Part shown: positions 63,924-64,000 of the stretch, piece after piece
Layout: each line of letters opens with the position of its first letter
Numbering within the stretch: position 1 is the first letter of the stretch
From: Nitrospirota bacterium
GTDB taxonomy: Bacteria > Nitrospirota > UBA9217
NCBI GenBank assembly: GCA_963749655.1
Contig: CAVVOB010000028.1
Location: 64,001-128,000, forward strand
Direction: 5' to 3'
DNA: 64,000 nucleotides
The notes under the pieces: model-generated
Told to the model about the DNA's origin: nothing
Seen by the model: only the letters and a program-made list of their open reading frames with translations
The model's database searches: none
Made by a program: the position numbers and the translations under genes

Positions 63924-64000
63924 GGCGTCGATTCTTCATCCTCGAAAATTCCAACCGACCGCAACACCCAAAGCCTGAACGACCACCCCCCCTGCCCAGA

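Overview
GC-rich bacterial chromosomal window. Gene style suggests an anaerobic Nitrospirota/Desulfobacterota-like organism (inference only). From left to right: (1) a tungstate-type ABC transporter with three dissimilar TupA-like binding proteins, a TauE/SafE permease and a divergent LysR; (2) PPi-PFK and moaAC; (3) a chemosensory operon (STAS-cheA-MCP-cheW-CZB MCP-small Cys protein-cheR-cheD-cheB, cheY, CheZ-motif membrane protein) beside a FleQ-like/FlhG-like/FliA regulatory block with recognisable sigma54, sigma28 and FleQ-box-like sites; (4) a binding-protein/hybrid-kinase pair; (5) a TPR-beta-barrel/FecR/SBBP-lipoprotein/CHASE2 adenylate cyclase operon; (6) intact flgM among deleted remnants of flgE, flgN and flgL; (7) a REC-PAS-GGDEF-EAL gene behind a GEMM-I-type cyclic-dinucleotide riboswitch; (8) a GH13 amylase; (9) a TMTC-like/B12-radical SAM/GT2-GtrA/TMTC-like glycosylation cluster; (10) a Tat-signal FAH protein; (11) a TetR/iron-sulfur flavoprotein/nitroreductase unit. 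Several families of short palindromic repeats occur, some nested inside MITE-like inverted ends. Many single-base frameshifts are probably assembly errors. I saw no rRNA, tRNA, CRISPR, prophage or transposase. All calls come from motif recognition by eye; no searches were run.
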